Positions 1-8,139 of a stretch of DNA of 64,000 bases are shown here, piece by piece; positions within the stretch are counted from its first letter, which is position 1, and the number at the start of each line of letters is the position of its first letter. A model generated the notes under the pieces. It ran no database searches, had not been told where the DNA came from, and saw only the letters and a program-made list of their open reading frames with translations. Source of the stretch: an uncultured Gammaproteobacteria bacterium (lineage in GTDB: Bacteria > Patescibacteriota > Microgenomatia > Daviesbacterales > UBA10151); NCBI GenBank assembly GCA_964504985.1, contig CAZDFU010000002.1, positions 11,782-75,781 of the forward strand. The letters run 5' to 3'. Position numbers and translations under genes: made by a program.

Positions 1-160
1 TATCTGTTGCTGAAACAATTGTTTTACCCAAACTGTCATCAATAACTTGAGCATATATATACTGGTTAGACCTGAATACAGATAACCTTGGCCTATCAGC
101 TGTCCCCATAATCCTTTTTCTGATTTTTTGATGTTTTCTTATCCTGCTTAGTTTTTTCAT
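1..160 (-). CDS. rplR: 50S ribosomal protein L18 (uL18), N-terminal part, gene runs off window start
   Basis: Reverse-complement translation from ATG at 160: [42 protein letters not shown]... matches the L18 N-terminus ([19 protein letters not shown]); directly follows rplF. Confidence 0.8.
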   Translation of the reverse strand, partial: MKKLSRIRKHQKIRKRIMGTADRPRLSVFRSNQYIYAQVIDDSLGKTIVSATD

Positions 161-161
161 A

Positions 162-722
162 TTACTTAGCTCCTCCCGCTGCGCCTACTTTAGCAGACTT
201 TCCTACCTTCTTTCTTATATACTCACCCTGATACCTAATTCCCTTACCCTTATATACATCCGGAGATCTAACTTTTCTGATATTTGCTGCTACTTGTCCT
301 ACCAACTGCTTGTCAATTCCAGATACTTTTATCTTTGTATTATCAGAAACCTCAAAGGTTATACCCTCGGATACTGCCATTTCCACAGGGTGAGAAAAAC
401 CCACATTCAATATAAGTTTATTGCCGGAAACTTCTGATCTAAACCCCACTCCCACCAACTCTAAGGACTTAGACCACCCTTCACTCACTCCAACAACCAT
501 ATTGAAAAGCAGATTTCTAATCAGTCCATGCAGACTTTTGGACTTTTTGAGATCATTTTTTCTTTTAACCAATACCCTCTCCCCTTCTATCTCAACTGAA
601 ACTGCTGGGTGAATATCCAATTTCAATGTCCCCTTTGGACCGTTGACCATAACAGAGTACCCCTTTTTTTCAATAATTACCCCTTGCGGTATTATAATTG
701 GTAAACTCCCCACTCTACTCAT
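162..722 (-). CDS. rplF: 50S ribosomal protein L6 (uL6)
   Basis: 186-aa ORF with two L6 alpha/beta repeats; sits between rpsH and rplR in the spc cluster. Confidence 0.93.
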   Translation of the reverse strand: MSRVGSLPIIIPQGVIIEKKGYSVMVNGPKGTLKLDIHPAVSVEIEGERVLVKRKNDLKKSKSLHGLIRNLLFNMVVGVSEGWSKSLELVGVGFRSEVSGNKLILNVGFSHPVEMAVSEGITFEVSDNTKIKVSGIDKQLVGQVAANIRKVRSPDVYKGKGIRYQGEYIRKKVGKSAKVGAAGGAK

Positions 723-730
723 ATAATTTA

Positions 731-1105
731 TTACCAGACAAATGCCAGTACTTCCCCTCCTAACTTGTTTTTTCTAGCTTCTTTGTCAGTCATCAATCCT
801 TTTGGAGTTGAAACAATTGCTATACCTAAACCATTCAATACATGAGGTAAACCTTGAACTCCTTTATAAACACGCAGGGAAGGCTTCGAAATTCTTTTAA
901 TATCAGTTATGGCAGCTTTTCTGGCTGTGTATTTTAATGAAACTGTAATTTGTCTGTCCTCCTCTTTAACCCCTTGCAAAAATCCCTCTTTCTCAAGAAG
1001 TTTCATTAACTTAAGGATAAGTTTGGAATATTTTACTGAAACCGTTTGTTTGCCAACCGCATACCCATTTTTTATTCTGATTAAAGCATCTGCAACTGTA
1101 TCCAT
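731..1105 (-). CDS. rpsH: 30S ribosomal protein S8 (uS8)
   Basis: 124-aa ORF; MDTVADALIRIKNG... and C-terminal GGEVLAFVW are typical of S8. Confidence 0.93.
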   Translation of the reverse strand: MDTVADALIRIKNGYAVGKQTVSVKYSKLILKLMKLLEKEGFLQGVKEEDRQITVSLKYTARKAAITDIKRISKPSLRVYKGVQGLPHVLNGLGIAIVSTPKGLMTDKEARKNKLGGEVLAFVW

Positions 1106-1106
1106 A

Positions 1107-1286
1107 TTACCAGCTCGCTTTCTTTACTCCCGGCAACATCCCAGGATTTGCCAGTTCTCTAAAACAAAGCCTGCAAAGACCAAATTTCCCAATAAATCCG
1201 CGTGTTCTACCACAGCGCAAACATCTATTTTTCTTTTGGACTTCATATTTAAATTTTTTCTTTACAACATTACTTACTTTAGCCAT
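1107..1286 (-). CDS. rpsZ: 30S ribosomal protein S14 type Z (zinc-binding, 59 aa); not in ORF track
   Basis: Manual RC translation: [59 protein letters not shown]; CxxC...CxxC zinc motif; canonical position between rplE and rpsH. Confidence 0.88.
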   Translation of the reverse strand: MAKVSNVVKKKFKYEVQKKNRCLRCGRTRGFIGKFGLCRLCFRELANPGMLPGVKKASW

Positions 1287-1292
1287 AATTAG

Positions 1293-1829
1293 TTATGAGT
1301 ATGGTATTCCCAACTCCTCCAATAATTTCCTACCTTCTTCTTTATTTTTGGCAGTGGTGGCAATAGTTACAGCCAAACCCCTGGTTCTATCAATACTTTT
1401 ATAATCCACCTCAGGGAAGATTGTCTGCTCTCTTAGACCAATATTTAAATTACCTTTATCGTCAAAGGAGTTTGCAGATATCCCTTTGAAATCCCTTACT
1501 TTAGGCAAAACCACACTGATTAGTTTGTCCAAGAAAGTATACATTTTAACACCCCTAAGTGTTACCATCATTCCAATGGGCTGACCTTTTGTAACCTTAA
1601 AGGAAGCAATAGACTTTTTTGCCACTGTTACGACAGGTGTTTGCCCAGCCAAGGCAGATAGATATACTTTAGCTTTTTCCAAAACTGCACTATTTTCCTT
1701 AGCCTCTCCAAGTCCAATACTGATAACAATTTTGTCCAAGCGGGGGACAGCCAGCTTATTTTTTAAACCAAGCTCGTCTTGTAACTTTTTTATTACTTCA
1801 TTCATATACTTTTCCTTCAATCTATTCAT
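1293..1829 (-). CDS. rplE: 50S ribosomal protein L5 (uL5)
   Basis: 178-aa ORF with conserved L5 core; synteny. Confidence 0.93.
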   Translation of the reverse strand: MNRLKEKYMNEVIKKLQDELGLKNKLAVPRLDKIVISIGLGEAKENSAVLEKAKVYLSALAGQTPVVTVAKKSIASFKVTKGQPIGMMVTLRGVKMYTFLDKLISVVLPKVRDFKGISANSFDDKGNLNIGLREQTIFPEVDYKSIDRTRGLAVTIATTAKNKEEGRKLLEELGIPYS

Positions 1830-1835
1830 ATCTGA

Positions 1836-2201
1836 TTATTTAATCTCCTTTTGGCACTTTTTACAAATTCTTATCTTTCTATCTGCCTCCGCTTTTATCC
1901 CAACTCTTGTCAGCTTATTACAATTAGGGCAAACAAGGCTTATATTAGAAATGTCCATTGGTTTAGGAAGATCAATAATCCCTCCCTCCAACCCTTGCAT
2001 TTTTTTAACATGTCTTTTATAAAGATTTACTCCCCCGACAAAAACTTTCCTCTCTTTTGCAATAACATACTCTACCGTCCCCTGCTTACCCCTATCTTTA
2101 CCTAAAAGCACTTTCACCTTATCCCCTTTCTTAATTTTTAACTTTAAATTTGTTCTCTTACGCAAATTTTTTGTTGAAAAACGGGCTTTGAACTTTTCCA
2201 T
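1836..2201 (-). CDS. rplX: 50S ribosomal protein L24 (uL24) with C-terminal CxxC...CxxC zinc-ribbon extension
   Basis: KOW-domain core (KIKKGDKVKVLLGKDRGKQGTV); GGAGG 7 nt upstream of ATG at 2201; C-terminus LVCPNCNK...RICKKCQKEIK. Confidence 0.88.
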   Translation of the reverse strand: MEKFKARFSTKNLRKRTNLKLKIKKGDKVKVLLGKDRGKQGTVEYVIAKERKVFVGGVNLYKRHVKKMQGLEGGIIDLPKPMDISNISLVCPNCNKLTRVGIKAEADRKIRICKKCQKEIK

Positions 2202-2569
2202 TACCATACCTCCGATGCTAAAGAAACTATTTTTGAATATCCTGCATCTCTAACTTCGCGGGCTACAGGACCGAATATCCTGGTTGCCCGTAAATTTCCA
2301 TCATTATCTACCACAACCCCTGCGTTATCATCAAATTTAATATATGAACCATCGTTTCTACGGACTTCTTTCTTACACCTTACAATCACTATTTTAACCA
2401 CCTCATGATCTTTAACTTGACCGTTAGGGTCAGCGCCTTTAACAACGCCTACTGCAAGTTCAGCCAGTCCTGCCTTCCTTTTCCCAGAACCACCAAGAGG
2501 CTGAATAACCTGCAAACTTTTAGCCCCGCTATTATCTGCCACTGTTAACCTAGTCCTGTGTTGAACCAT
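2201..2569 (-). CDS. rplN: 50S ribosomal protein L14 (uL14)
   Basis: 122-aa ORF MVQHRTRLTVADNSGAK...; canonical L14. Confidence 0.95.
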   Translation of the reverse strand: MVQHRTRLTVADNSGAKSLQVIQPLGGSGKRKAGLAELAVGVVKGADPNGQVKDHEVVKIVIVRCKKEVRRNDGSYIKFDDNAGVVVDNDGNLRATRIFGPVAREVRDAGYSKIVSLASEVW

Positions 2570-2574
2570 AAATT

Positions 2575-2680
2575 AGCTTTCAGTCTTCAGCTATCAGCTT
2601 TCAGACTCTTCCTCCTCCTTTTAGTTTTTTCCTGTTTTTCTCCAGCTGCTTCATTTATCTGAGGACTGATGGCTGATGAC
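2575..2680 (-). repeat. Hairpin-forming repeat element (arms 2575-2606 and 2658-2680) embedded in the rpsQ 3' coding end and the rpsQ-rplN spacer
   Basis: agctttcagtcttcagctatcagctttcagac matches 39405-39436 at 31/33 nt; the 3' arm tctgaggactgatggctgatgac resembles 39441-39470. Confidence 0.55.
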
Positions 2681-2988
2681 TTTTTAGTCTTTTCTTCCTC
2701 TGGCATTACTTCTGCAATTAGTTCTTCTGCCTGCTCTTTTAGTTTTTGTTCAGCAATCTCTGCCAAACTCCTTCCTAAAACTTTTGTTATTTTCCAGTGT
2801 TTATTTTTAGAAATAGGCTTACATTTAACAAATTCAACTATATCCCCATCTTTAATATCAATACTGCTATCAACCAGGTATTTTTTACTCCGGATGTAGG
2901 TTTTTTTGTATAAAGGATGCTTTGCTATCCTTTCTATGAGAACCGTTGCCGTATTTTTTAGTTTTGTAGATATAACGCGTCCAGTCAT
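2587..2988 (-). CDS. rpsQ: 30S ribosomal protein S17 (uS17) with ~50-aa charged C-terminal extension
   Basis: OB-fold S17 core (GRVISTKLKNTATVLIERIAKHPLYKK); the extension is encoded partly by a repeated hairpin element (see repeat feature 2575-2680). Confidence 0.88.
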   Translation of the reverse strand: MTGRVISTKLKNTATVLIERIAKHPLYKKTYIRSKKYLVDSSIDIKDGDIVEFVKCKPISKNKHWKITKVLGRSLAEIAEQKLKEQAEELIAEVMPEEEKTKKSSAISPQINEAAGEKQEKTKRRRKSLKADS

Positions 2989-3011
2989 AATTTATAACTA
3001 ATCTCTATAAT

Positions 3012-3281
3012 TTAGAGACTAGATTTCTCCTTTCCTTTTTCATCATCTGGCTCTGGATTCTTAACTTTAGACTCCAGTTGCTGTACTAATTCTTTTTGTC
3101 TGACAACAGTTAATATTTGAGCCAAATCCTTTTTCTTTTTTGAAATCATTCTCACATCTTTCAATTTTTTCATATTTTTATCCACTACCAGGTTTGCAAT
3201 ATCCTCCCGGATAGTTTTAGCCTTTAATTTTAGTTCTTTAATATCTAAACCTTTTATTTCTATTAAACCGTTTTTTTTCAT
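3012..3281 (-). CDS. rpmC: 50S ribosomal protein L29 (uL29) with C-terminal extension
   Basis: Helical L29-like N-terminus (LKGLDIKELKLKAKTIREDIANL); position between rplP and rpsQ. Confidence 0.8.
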   Translation of the reverse strand: MKKNGLIEIKGLDIKELKLKAKTIREDIANLVVDKNMKKLKDVRMISKKKKDLAQILTVVRQKELVQQLESKVKNPEPDDEKGKEKSSL

Positions 3282-3283
3282 AG

Positions 3284-3694
3284 CTATTTTGTTATAATTT
3301 TTGTTTCAATAGGCAGTTTATGTGAAGCCAGTCTTAATGCTTCTTTAGCAATAATTTCTGTTACTGCACCCATTTCAAAAATTAATTGCCCTCTTTTAAC
3401 AACAGCCACATACCCTTCCACATCACCTTTTCCAGACCCCATTCTACTCTCTGCAGGATGTTTTGTAACTGGTTTATCCGGAAAAATCCTGATCCAGATA
3501 CGTCCGCCTCTTTGAGTATAATGGGCCATAGCCCTTCGGGCTGATTCGATTTGTCTGGCGCTAATCCAACCTGCTTCCATTGCTTTTAGCCCGAATATTC
3601 CAAAAGCCAAACTAACACCCCTGGTGGCAACCCCATCTCTTTTTCCCCTAAAGGTTTTCCTGTGTTTATTTCTTTTTGGTTGCAAAAGTGCCAT
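3284..3694 (-). CDS. rplP: 50S ribosomal protein L16 (uL16)
   Basis: [19 protein letters not shown]... canonical L16. Confidence 0.95.
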   Translation of the reverse strand: MALLQPKRNKHRKTFRGKRDGVATRGVSLAFGIFGLKAMEAGWISARQIESARRAMAHYTQRGGRIWIRIFPDKPVTKHPAESRMGSGKGDVEGYVAVVKRGQLIFEMGAVTEIIAKEALRLASHKLPIETKIITK

Positions 3695-3695
3695 A

Positions 3696-4337
3696 TTAAA
3701 TCTCCACCTCTCCTTTGTTTATCCATACCTTTACTCCAACATAACCAGACTTTGTCAAGGCTGGGTAAACTGCAAAATCTATATCTGCTCTTAAAGTATG
3801 TAAAGGCATTGTTCCCGAAGCTTTCCATTCCCTCCGCGCAATTTCTGCTCCACCAATTCTTCCTGAGATAACTACTTTCACCCCTTTTGCCCCAACCCGC
3901 ATTACCCTATCTATAGCCTGATTCATTACCCTTTGAGCTGGTAACCTTTTAGCAAGCTGCTCAGCAACTGATTGGGCAACAAGGTATGCAGAAAGATCTG
4001 CTGATTTTAACTCCATTGGCACAACTTCCAAACTATTATCGTTTTTAACCGCCAGCTCCTTAAGTAAAAGTTTCTTAACTTCAGTTAAACCACTTCCCCC
4101 TCTGCCAATTAAAACTCCTGGACGGGAAACAAAAATTATGACTTTTAACTTGTTAACTGCTCTCTCTATCTCTACAGACTGAATACCAGCAGGTCTTAAT
4201 TTCTTCATCAAAATATCCCTGATTTCTATATCTTCTTTTATAAACTGTCTGTATTTATCACCTTTTGCAAACCACCGGGATTTCCAATTAGCTCCTATAC
4301 CCATTCTGAAACCTACCGGATGTATTTTTTGTCCCAT
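3696..4337 (-). CDS. rpsC: 30S ribosomal protein S3 (uS3)
   Basis: [13 protein letters not shown]... KH domain; canonical S3. Confidence 0.95.
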   Translation of the reverse strand: MGQKIHPVGFRMGIGANWKSRWFAKGDKYRQFIKEDIEIRDILMKKLRPAGIQSVEIERAVNKLKVIIFVSRPGVLIGRGGSGLTEVKKLLLKELAVKNDNSLEVVPMELKSADLSAYLVAQSVAEQLAKRLPAQRVMNQAIDRVMRVGAKGVKVVISGRIGGAEIARREWKASGTMPLHTLRADIDFAVYPALTKSGYVGVKVWINKGEVEI

Positions 4338-4341
4338 ATAA

Positions 4342-4725
4342 TTAGTGATTTTTGCTAATCACTTGCTTATCTCCTTTCTCTTTACTATTAACTAATAACT
4401 CATCACTTATAACTATTTTTATATGGCTCATTCTTTTTTTGTAAGGCTTCACTCTTCCTCTTGTTCCTGCCCGGAAACGTCTCATTTTCATACTTTCATC
4501 AATTTCAATCTTTTTAAAACCAACTTTTCCCAAATCCATGCCTTTTTGTTTTGCATTTGCCAAAACTGTTTCCAAAGCCTTTGTTAGATCCTTTGCTGCG
4601 TATTTTGGAGTCACACGCAAAATATCCAATGCTTTCGAAGGTTCCATTTTCCTCACCATATCAGCCACCAGCCTCAGTTTTCTAGGTGAAGTATGTATAT
4701 ATTTTTGTATAGTTTGTATTTCCAT
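4342..4725 (-). CDS. rplV: 50S ribosomal protein L22 (uL22)
   Basis: 127-aa ORF with conserved L22 core; synteny. Confidence 0.93.
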   Translation of the reverse strand: MEIQTIQKYIHTSPRKLRLVADMVRKMEPSKALDILRVTPKYAAKDLTKALETVLANAKQKGMDLGKVGFKKIEIDESMKMRRFRAGTRGRVKPYKKRMSHIKIVISDELLVNSKEKGDKQVISKNH

Positions 4726-4728
4726 ATA

Positions 4729-5013
4729 TTACGTCTTAGACGTGGATTTTTCTGTCACCTTTCCGTGAGTTCTAAATAACCTAGTCGGCGCAAATTCACC
4801 TAAGTAATGACCTACCATTGACTCAGTCACAAACACGCTCACAAAATTTTTACCCTGATGCACTAAAAAAGTGTGTCCCACAAATTCAGGTGGAATCTGT
4901 GATCTTCTGGCCCATGTCTTAATAGGTTGTTTTGTCCCGCCGGATTTTTGAGTCATTACTTTCTTTAATAATTTCTCATCAATAAACGGGCCTTTTTTAG
5001 TTGATCTTGCCAT
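4729..5013 (-). CDS. rpsS: 30S ribosomal protein S19 (uS19)
   Basis: [19 protein letters not shown]... canonical S19. Confidence 0.95.
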   Translation of the reverse strand: MARSTKKGPFIDEKLLKKVMTQKSGGTKQPIKTWARRSQIPPEFVGHTFLVHQGKNFVSVFVTESMVGHYLGEFAPTRLFRTHGKVTEKSTSKT

Positions 5014-5109
5014 ATTTTTTCTTGGACTTTTCTGATTACCCTTATTCTTTTATTTAGTTAATCTCAGAAAAAGTCCGGTTCTTCCTTTCTTGTTATTCAG
5101 ATTCATAAG

Positions 5110-5874
5110 TTATTTTCTTCTCCTTACAATAAATTTATTAGAATATTTTCCTTTATACCTGGTTTTTCCCACAGCGCTTCTGCCATATTTAGTCATTGGC
5201 CTCTTTCTTCCAATACCTGATCTTCCTTCACCACCACCGTGGGGGTGAGAATCAGGATCCTGTGCTACGCCCCGGACTGTAGGCCTTATACCCATATGCC
5301 TGGATCTTCCAGCCTTACCGATCACCTGCTGTTTATTATCTTCATTTCCTAATACTCCAAGTGTTGCAAAAGACTCAAGACTAATCATTCTAACCTCACC
5401 AGACGGCATTTTCAAATGGGCAAAACCGCCTTCTTTGGCCAAAAGCTGCAAAGAAACTCCTGCACTTCTGCCAACTTGCCCCCCTTTTCCCGGCACAAGC
5501 TCCACATTATGCACTAAACTGCCAATTGGCATATTTTTTAATTTCATAGCATTGCCTGTTTTAGATTCAGCTTTATCAGCAGAAATAACTTTTTCCTCTA
5601 AATTTAAGCCTTTCGGGGCTAAAATATATCTATATTCCCCGTCTGTATATTTTATAAGAGCAACCTCAACATTCCTGTTTGGATCATACTCAATAGCAGC
5701 AACCTCACCCGCTACACCAAATTTATCCCGTTTAAAATCTATTTCCCTGTACTGTCTTTTATGTCTCCCACCCTGACCCCTAACAGTTACCATACCGCCA
5801 GATGACCTGCCAGAATGCTTTTTTAATAAATGTTTTAATTTTTTTGCGCTTTTAATATTTAATTGCTTTTTCAT
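5110..5874 (-). CDS. rplB: 50S ribosomal protein L2 (uL2)
   Basis: 254-aa ORF; GRNxxGxIT/RHRGGGHKRxYRxIDFKR-like segment; C-terminal GGGEG motif. Confidence 0.95.
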   Translation of the reverse strand: MKKQLNIKSAKKLKHLLKKHSGRSSGGMVTVRGQGGRHKRQYREIDFKRDKFGVAGEVAAIEYDPNRNVEVALIKYTDGEYRYILAPKGLNLEEKVISADKAESKTGNAMKLKNMPIGSLVHNVELVPGKGGQVGRSAGVSLQLLAKEGGFAHLKMPSGEVRMISLESFATLGVLGNEDNKQQVIGKAGRSRHMGIRPTVRGVAQDPDSHPHGGGEGRSGIGRKRPMTKYGRSAVGKTRYKGKYSNKFIVRRRK

Positions 5875-5880
5875 TTAGTT

Positions 5881-6309
5881 CTACTTTCCTGTTATTACTT
5901 TTCTCTGAGTTGTAGGAGCTGCTCCTACTGAGCTTTTCTCTACTTTCACCTTAGTTCTTCCCAAAATATCTTTCTTCTCCCTTAACTTAACCGGCTCACC
6001 TTCTGCTGTTGTCACCACTACCTCTTCTTTTGGTGTTTCAAACAGGGCAATCCTTACACCCTTTCCCAGCTGGACCATAGCTTTCTTTAAAGGAGCGGAT
6101 TTATAAAGTTTTCTTACTTTTCTTTGCTGTTTAAGCTGTCCCTTTATATTGACCGTTCTTACAGCAATAACTTTAACATTAAATTTCTCACTTACTGCTT
6201 TGGCAATTAAAGGCTTGCTTGCTTTCTTATCCACCTCAAAAGTATATAAATTAGAAGCAGCAAGTTTCATTGATTTTTCTGATACCACCGGCCTTTTAAG
6301 TACGATCAT
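5881..6309 (-). CDS. rplW: 50S ribosomal protein L23 (uL23) with ~45-aa C-terminal extension
   Basis: L23 core (VLKRPVVSEKS...YTFEVDKKASKPLIAKAVSEKFNVKV); ATGA overlap with rplD. Confidence 0.88.
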   Translation of the reverse strand: MIVLKRPVVSEKSMKLAASNLYTFEVDKKASKPLIAKAVSEKFNVKVIAVRTVNIKGQLKQQRKVRKLYKSAPLKKAMVQLGKGVRIALFETPKEEVVVTTAEGEPVKLREKKDILGRTKVKVEKSSVGAAPTTQRKVITGK

Positions 6310-7064
6310 ATTTTCCCTTCTCTTTTAACGTTTGTTCCTACTCCACCGGAGGTTTTCACTTCTTCACTAGATTCTTTTTTGCCTAATTTATCAATTGTTT
6401 CTTTTGTTAAAAGTAATATTTCATGTTTTAATACTTCATAAGCATTTAATCCGCCTGCCGGTAAAACATTAATATTGGGAATATTTCTAGCAGCTCTAAC
6501 TATATTATCCATTTTGTCAGCTGTTACAATTAAGGTACTCCTTTGTTTCTTTTCTGTGATTGATGAGATTAACTTAAGTATTTCTTTTGTTTTGCCGGTA
6601 ATTTTTTCTAAGCCTGTTAATCCTAAAACATTTTTGTCTGAAGCCTTAGAAGAGAGAGCAGATATTAAAGCTGATCTTCTCATCTTTTTTGGTAAAATTA
6701 ATCTGACCTTTCTTGGTTTTGGTCCAAAAACAATTCCTCCGCCCACAAAAATCGGAGCCCTGATACTTCCATGTCTTGCCCTGCCAGTTCCTTTTTGTCT
6801 AAATATTTTGACTGTTGATCCTTCTACCTCTCCTCTGCCTTTGGTGGAAGCTGTAAAAGTTTTTTGGTTGGTTGTATAAACCCTAACAGCCTGAGTCAAT
6901 AAACTTTTATTAATCTCAGCACCAAAAATTTCCTTTGGCAAGCTTAAGGTTCCGCTGGTTCTCCCGGCCGGAGAATAAACAGGCACTGTTAAACCACCCG
7001 TTCCGCGAGCACGGGAAGCTGCTGGTTTACTAGTCTTTGCAGTTACTTTTCTTTTAACTGGCAT
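6306..7064 (-). CDS. rplD: 50S ribosomal protein L4 (uL4)
   Basis: 252-aa ORF with QKGTGRARHGS L4 signature. Confidence 0.93.
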   Translation of the reverse strand: MPVKRKVTAKTSKPAASRARGTGGLTVPVYSPAGRTSGTLSLPKEIFGAEINKSLLTQAVRVYTTNQKTFTASTKGRGEVEGSTVKIFRQKGTGRARHGSIRAPIFVGGGIVFGPKPRKVRLILPKKMRRSALISALSSKASDKNVLGLTGLEKITGKTKEILKLISSITEKKQRSTLIVTADKMDNIVRAARNIPNINVLPAGGLNAYEVLKHEILLLTKETIDKLGKKESSEEVKTSGGVGTNVKREGKI

Positions 7065-7923
7065 TTTCTTTTACCTCTTCTTTCAGCTCTTGTTTTTGTT
7101 CTTGAGGGTTATCTTGATTTTGTTCTTCTGATTCACCAGCATTTTGTTCTGCTGCTTTTTCTGACTTTTCTGCTTCCTCTTCTCCTTCTTCAAGTTTTTC
7201 CTCAGGCGGGGGAGTATAACCCTTAATTCTGCCTAATTTAGTTATTACCAGCAAACTGTTAATAGGACCTGGAATCCCTCCTTTAACTATCAAATAATTT
7301 TTTACTTTATCTATTCCCACAATTTCCAGATTCTTGATACTTACTTTTTCACTGCCCATATGCCCTGCCATTTTTTTGCCTTTATAAACTCTTCCCGGAG
7401 TAGTTCCAGAACCAACCGCACCTGGAGCTCTGTGTCTGTCTGATTGACCATGAGTCTTAGGTCCACCGGCAAAACCGTGACGTCTTACCCCGCCTTGAAA
7501 ACCTTTACCTTTCGAAACTCCCTGTACTTTAACAGCATCACCTATTGAAAAAACCTGGTTCAGTTTAATTTCTGTTCCAGGTTTTAAAGTTCCGAGCGAA
7601 CCTGTGGTGAGCGTACCTGTACTGAGCGAAGTCGAAGTAGTCGAACCAGCCGGGGAATTTTGTTCATTAATTCTGACTTCCCTAAACCAACGGACAGCCT
7701 GATCAAAGCCTGCTTTTTTAGTATGACCAAGTTGAGGCTTTCTAACTGACTTTTTGGATCCATACCCAAGCTGGATAGCATCATACCCATCTTTGCCATC
7801 TTGTGTTTTGGCTTGAGTGACTAAATTTGGTTGAATTTCCACCACAGTAGCCCCAACCCTTCTGCCCCGTGAGTCATAAGTTGAGGTCATATTTTTCTTA
7901 ATTCCAAGTAATGTATTAGTCAT
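7054..7923 (-). CDS. rplC: 50S ribosomal protein L3 (uL3) with an internal Ser/Thr-rich insertion and ~60-aa acidic C-terminal tail
   Basis: Start chosen at MTNTLLGIKKNMTSTYD (AGGA Shine-Dalgarno 6 nt upstream); the ORF-track N-terminal extension would begin inside a terminator U-tract; conserved L3 blocks present. Confidence 0.88.
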   Translation of the reverse strand: MTNTLLGIKKNMTSTYDSRGRRVGATVVEIQPNLVTQAKTQDGKDGYDAIQLGYGSKKSVRKPQLGHTKKAGFDQAVRWFREVRINEQNSPAGSTTSTSLSTGTLTTGSLGTLKPGTEIKLNQVFSIGDAVKVQGVSKGKGFQGGVRRHGFAGGPKTHGQSDRHRAPGAVGSGTTPGRVYKGKKMAGHMGSEKVSIKNLEIVGIDKVKNYLIVKGGIPGPINSLLVITKLGRIKGYTPPPEEKLEEGEEEAEKSEKAAEQNAGESEEQNQDNPQEQKQELKEEVKENAS

Positions 7924-7948
7924 TTTTGTCCTAGACAATTCAAGCATT

Positions 7949-7990
7949 AAAAAGAGTGAGTCCTTCGGTAAACTCAGGATCTCACTCAGT
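7949..7990 (-). terminator. Rho-independent terminator-like hairpin (GAGTGAG-TCC / GGATCTCACTC, then U5 on minus-strand RNA) 25 nt upstream of the rplC start
   Basis: Read directly from sequence. It sits downstream of the metalloprotease gene and inside the leader from the predicted rplC promoter, so it could be an attenuator. Confidence 0.6.
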
Positions 7991-8086
7991 ATCTCGCCTT
8001 CAATCGTCGTATCGTTTTCCGACGCACGATCTACTGAAATTTTCTTACGTTTTGACGCTAATCAAAAGGCAAAATTTTCTTATAGG

Positions 8087-8116
8087 ATTTTAACACGAAC
8101 GGCGCACAAATTGCAA
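8087..8116 (-). promoter_or_regulatory. Predicted sigma70-type promoter for rplC and downstream ribosomal genes: TTGCAA-N18-TGtTAAAAT
   Basis: -35 at 8116-8111, extended -10 TGnTAAAAT at 8095-8087 on minus strand. Confidence 0.45.
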
Positions 8117-8139
8117 GCAACAAGGAAAAAATTGATGTT

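Noticed and set aside
7584-7799. 71-aa ORF inside rplC in another frame
   Set aside because: Embedded in a well-supported ribosomal protein gene; low-complexity artefact.
7924-7947. ORF-track N-terminal extension of rplC (MLELSRTK...)
   Set aside because: It would start inside the U-tract of the upstream terminator hairpin and lacks an SD. ATG at 7923 has AGGA 6 nt upstream and matches the L3 N-terminus.
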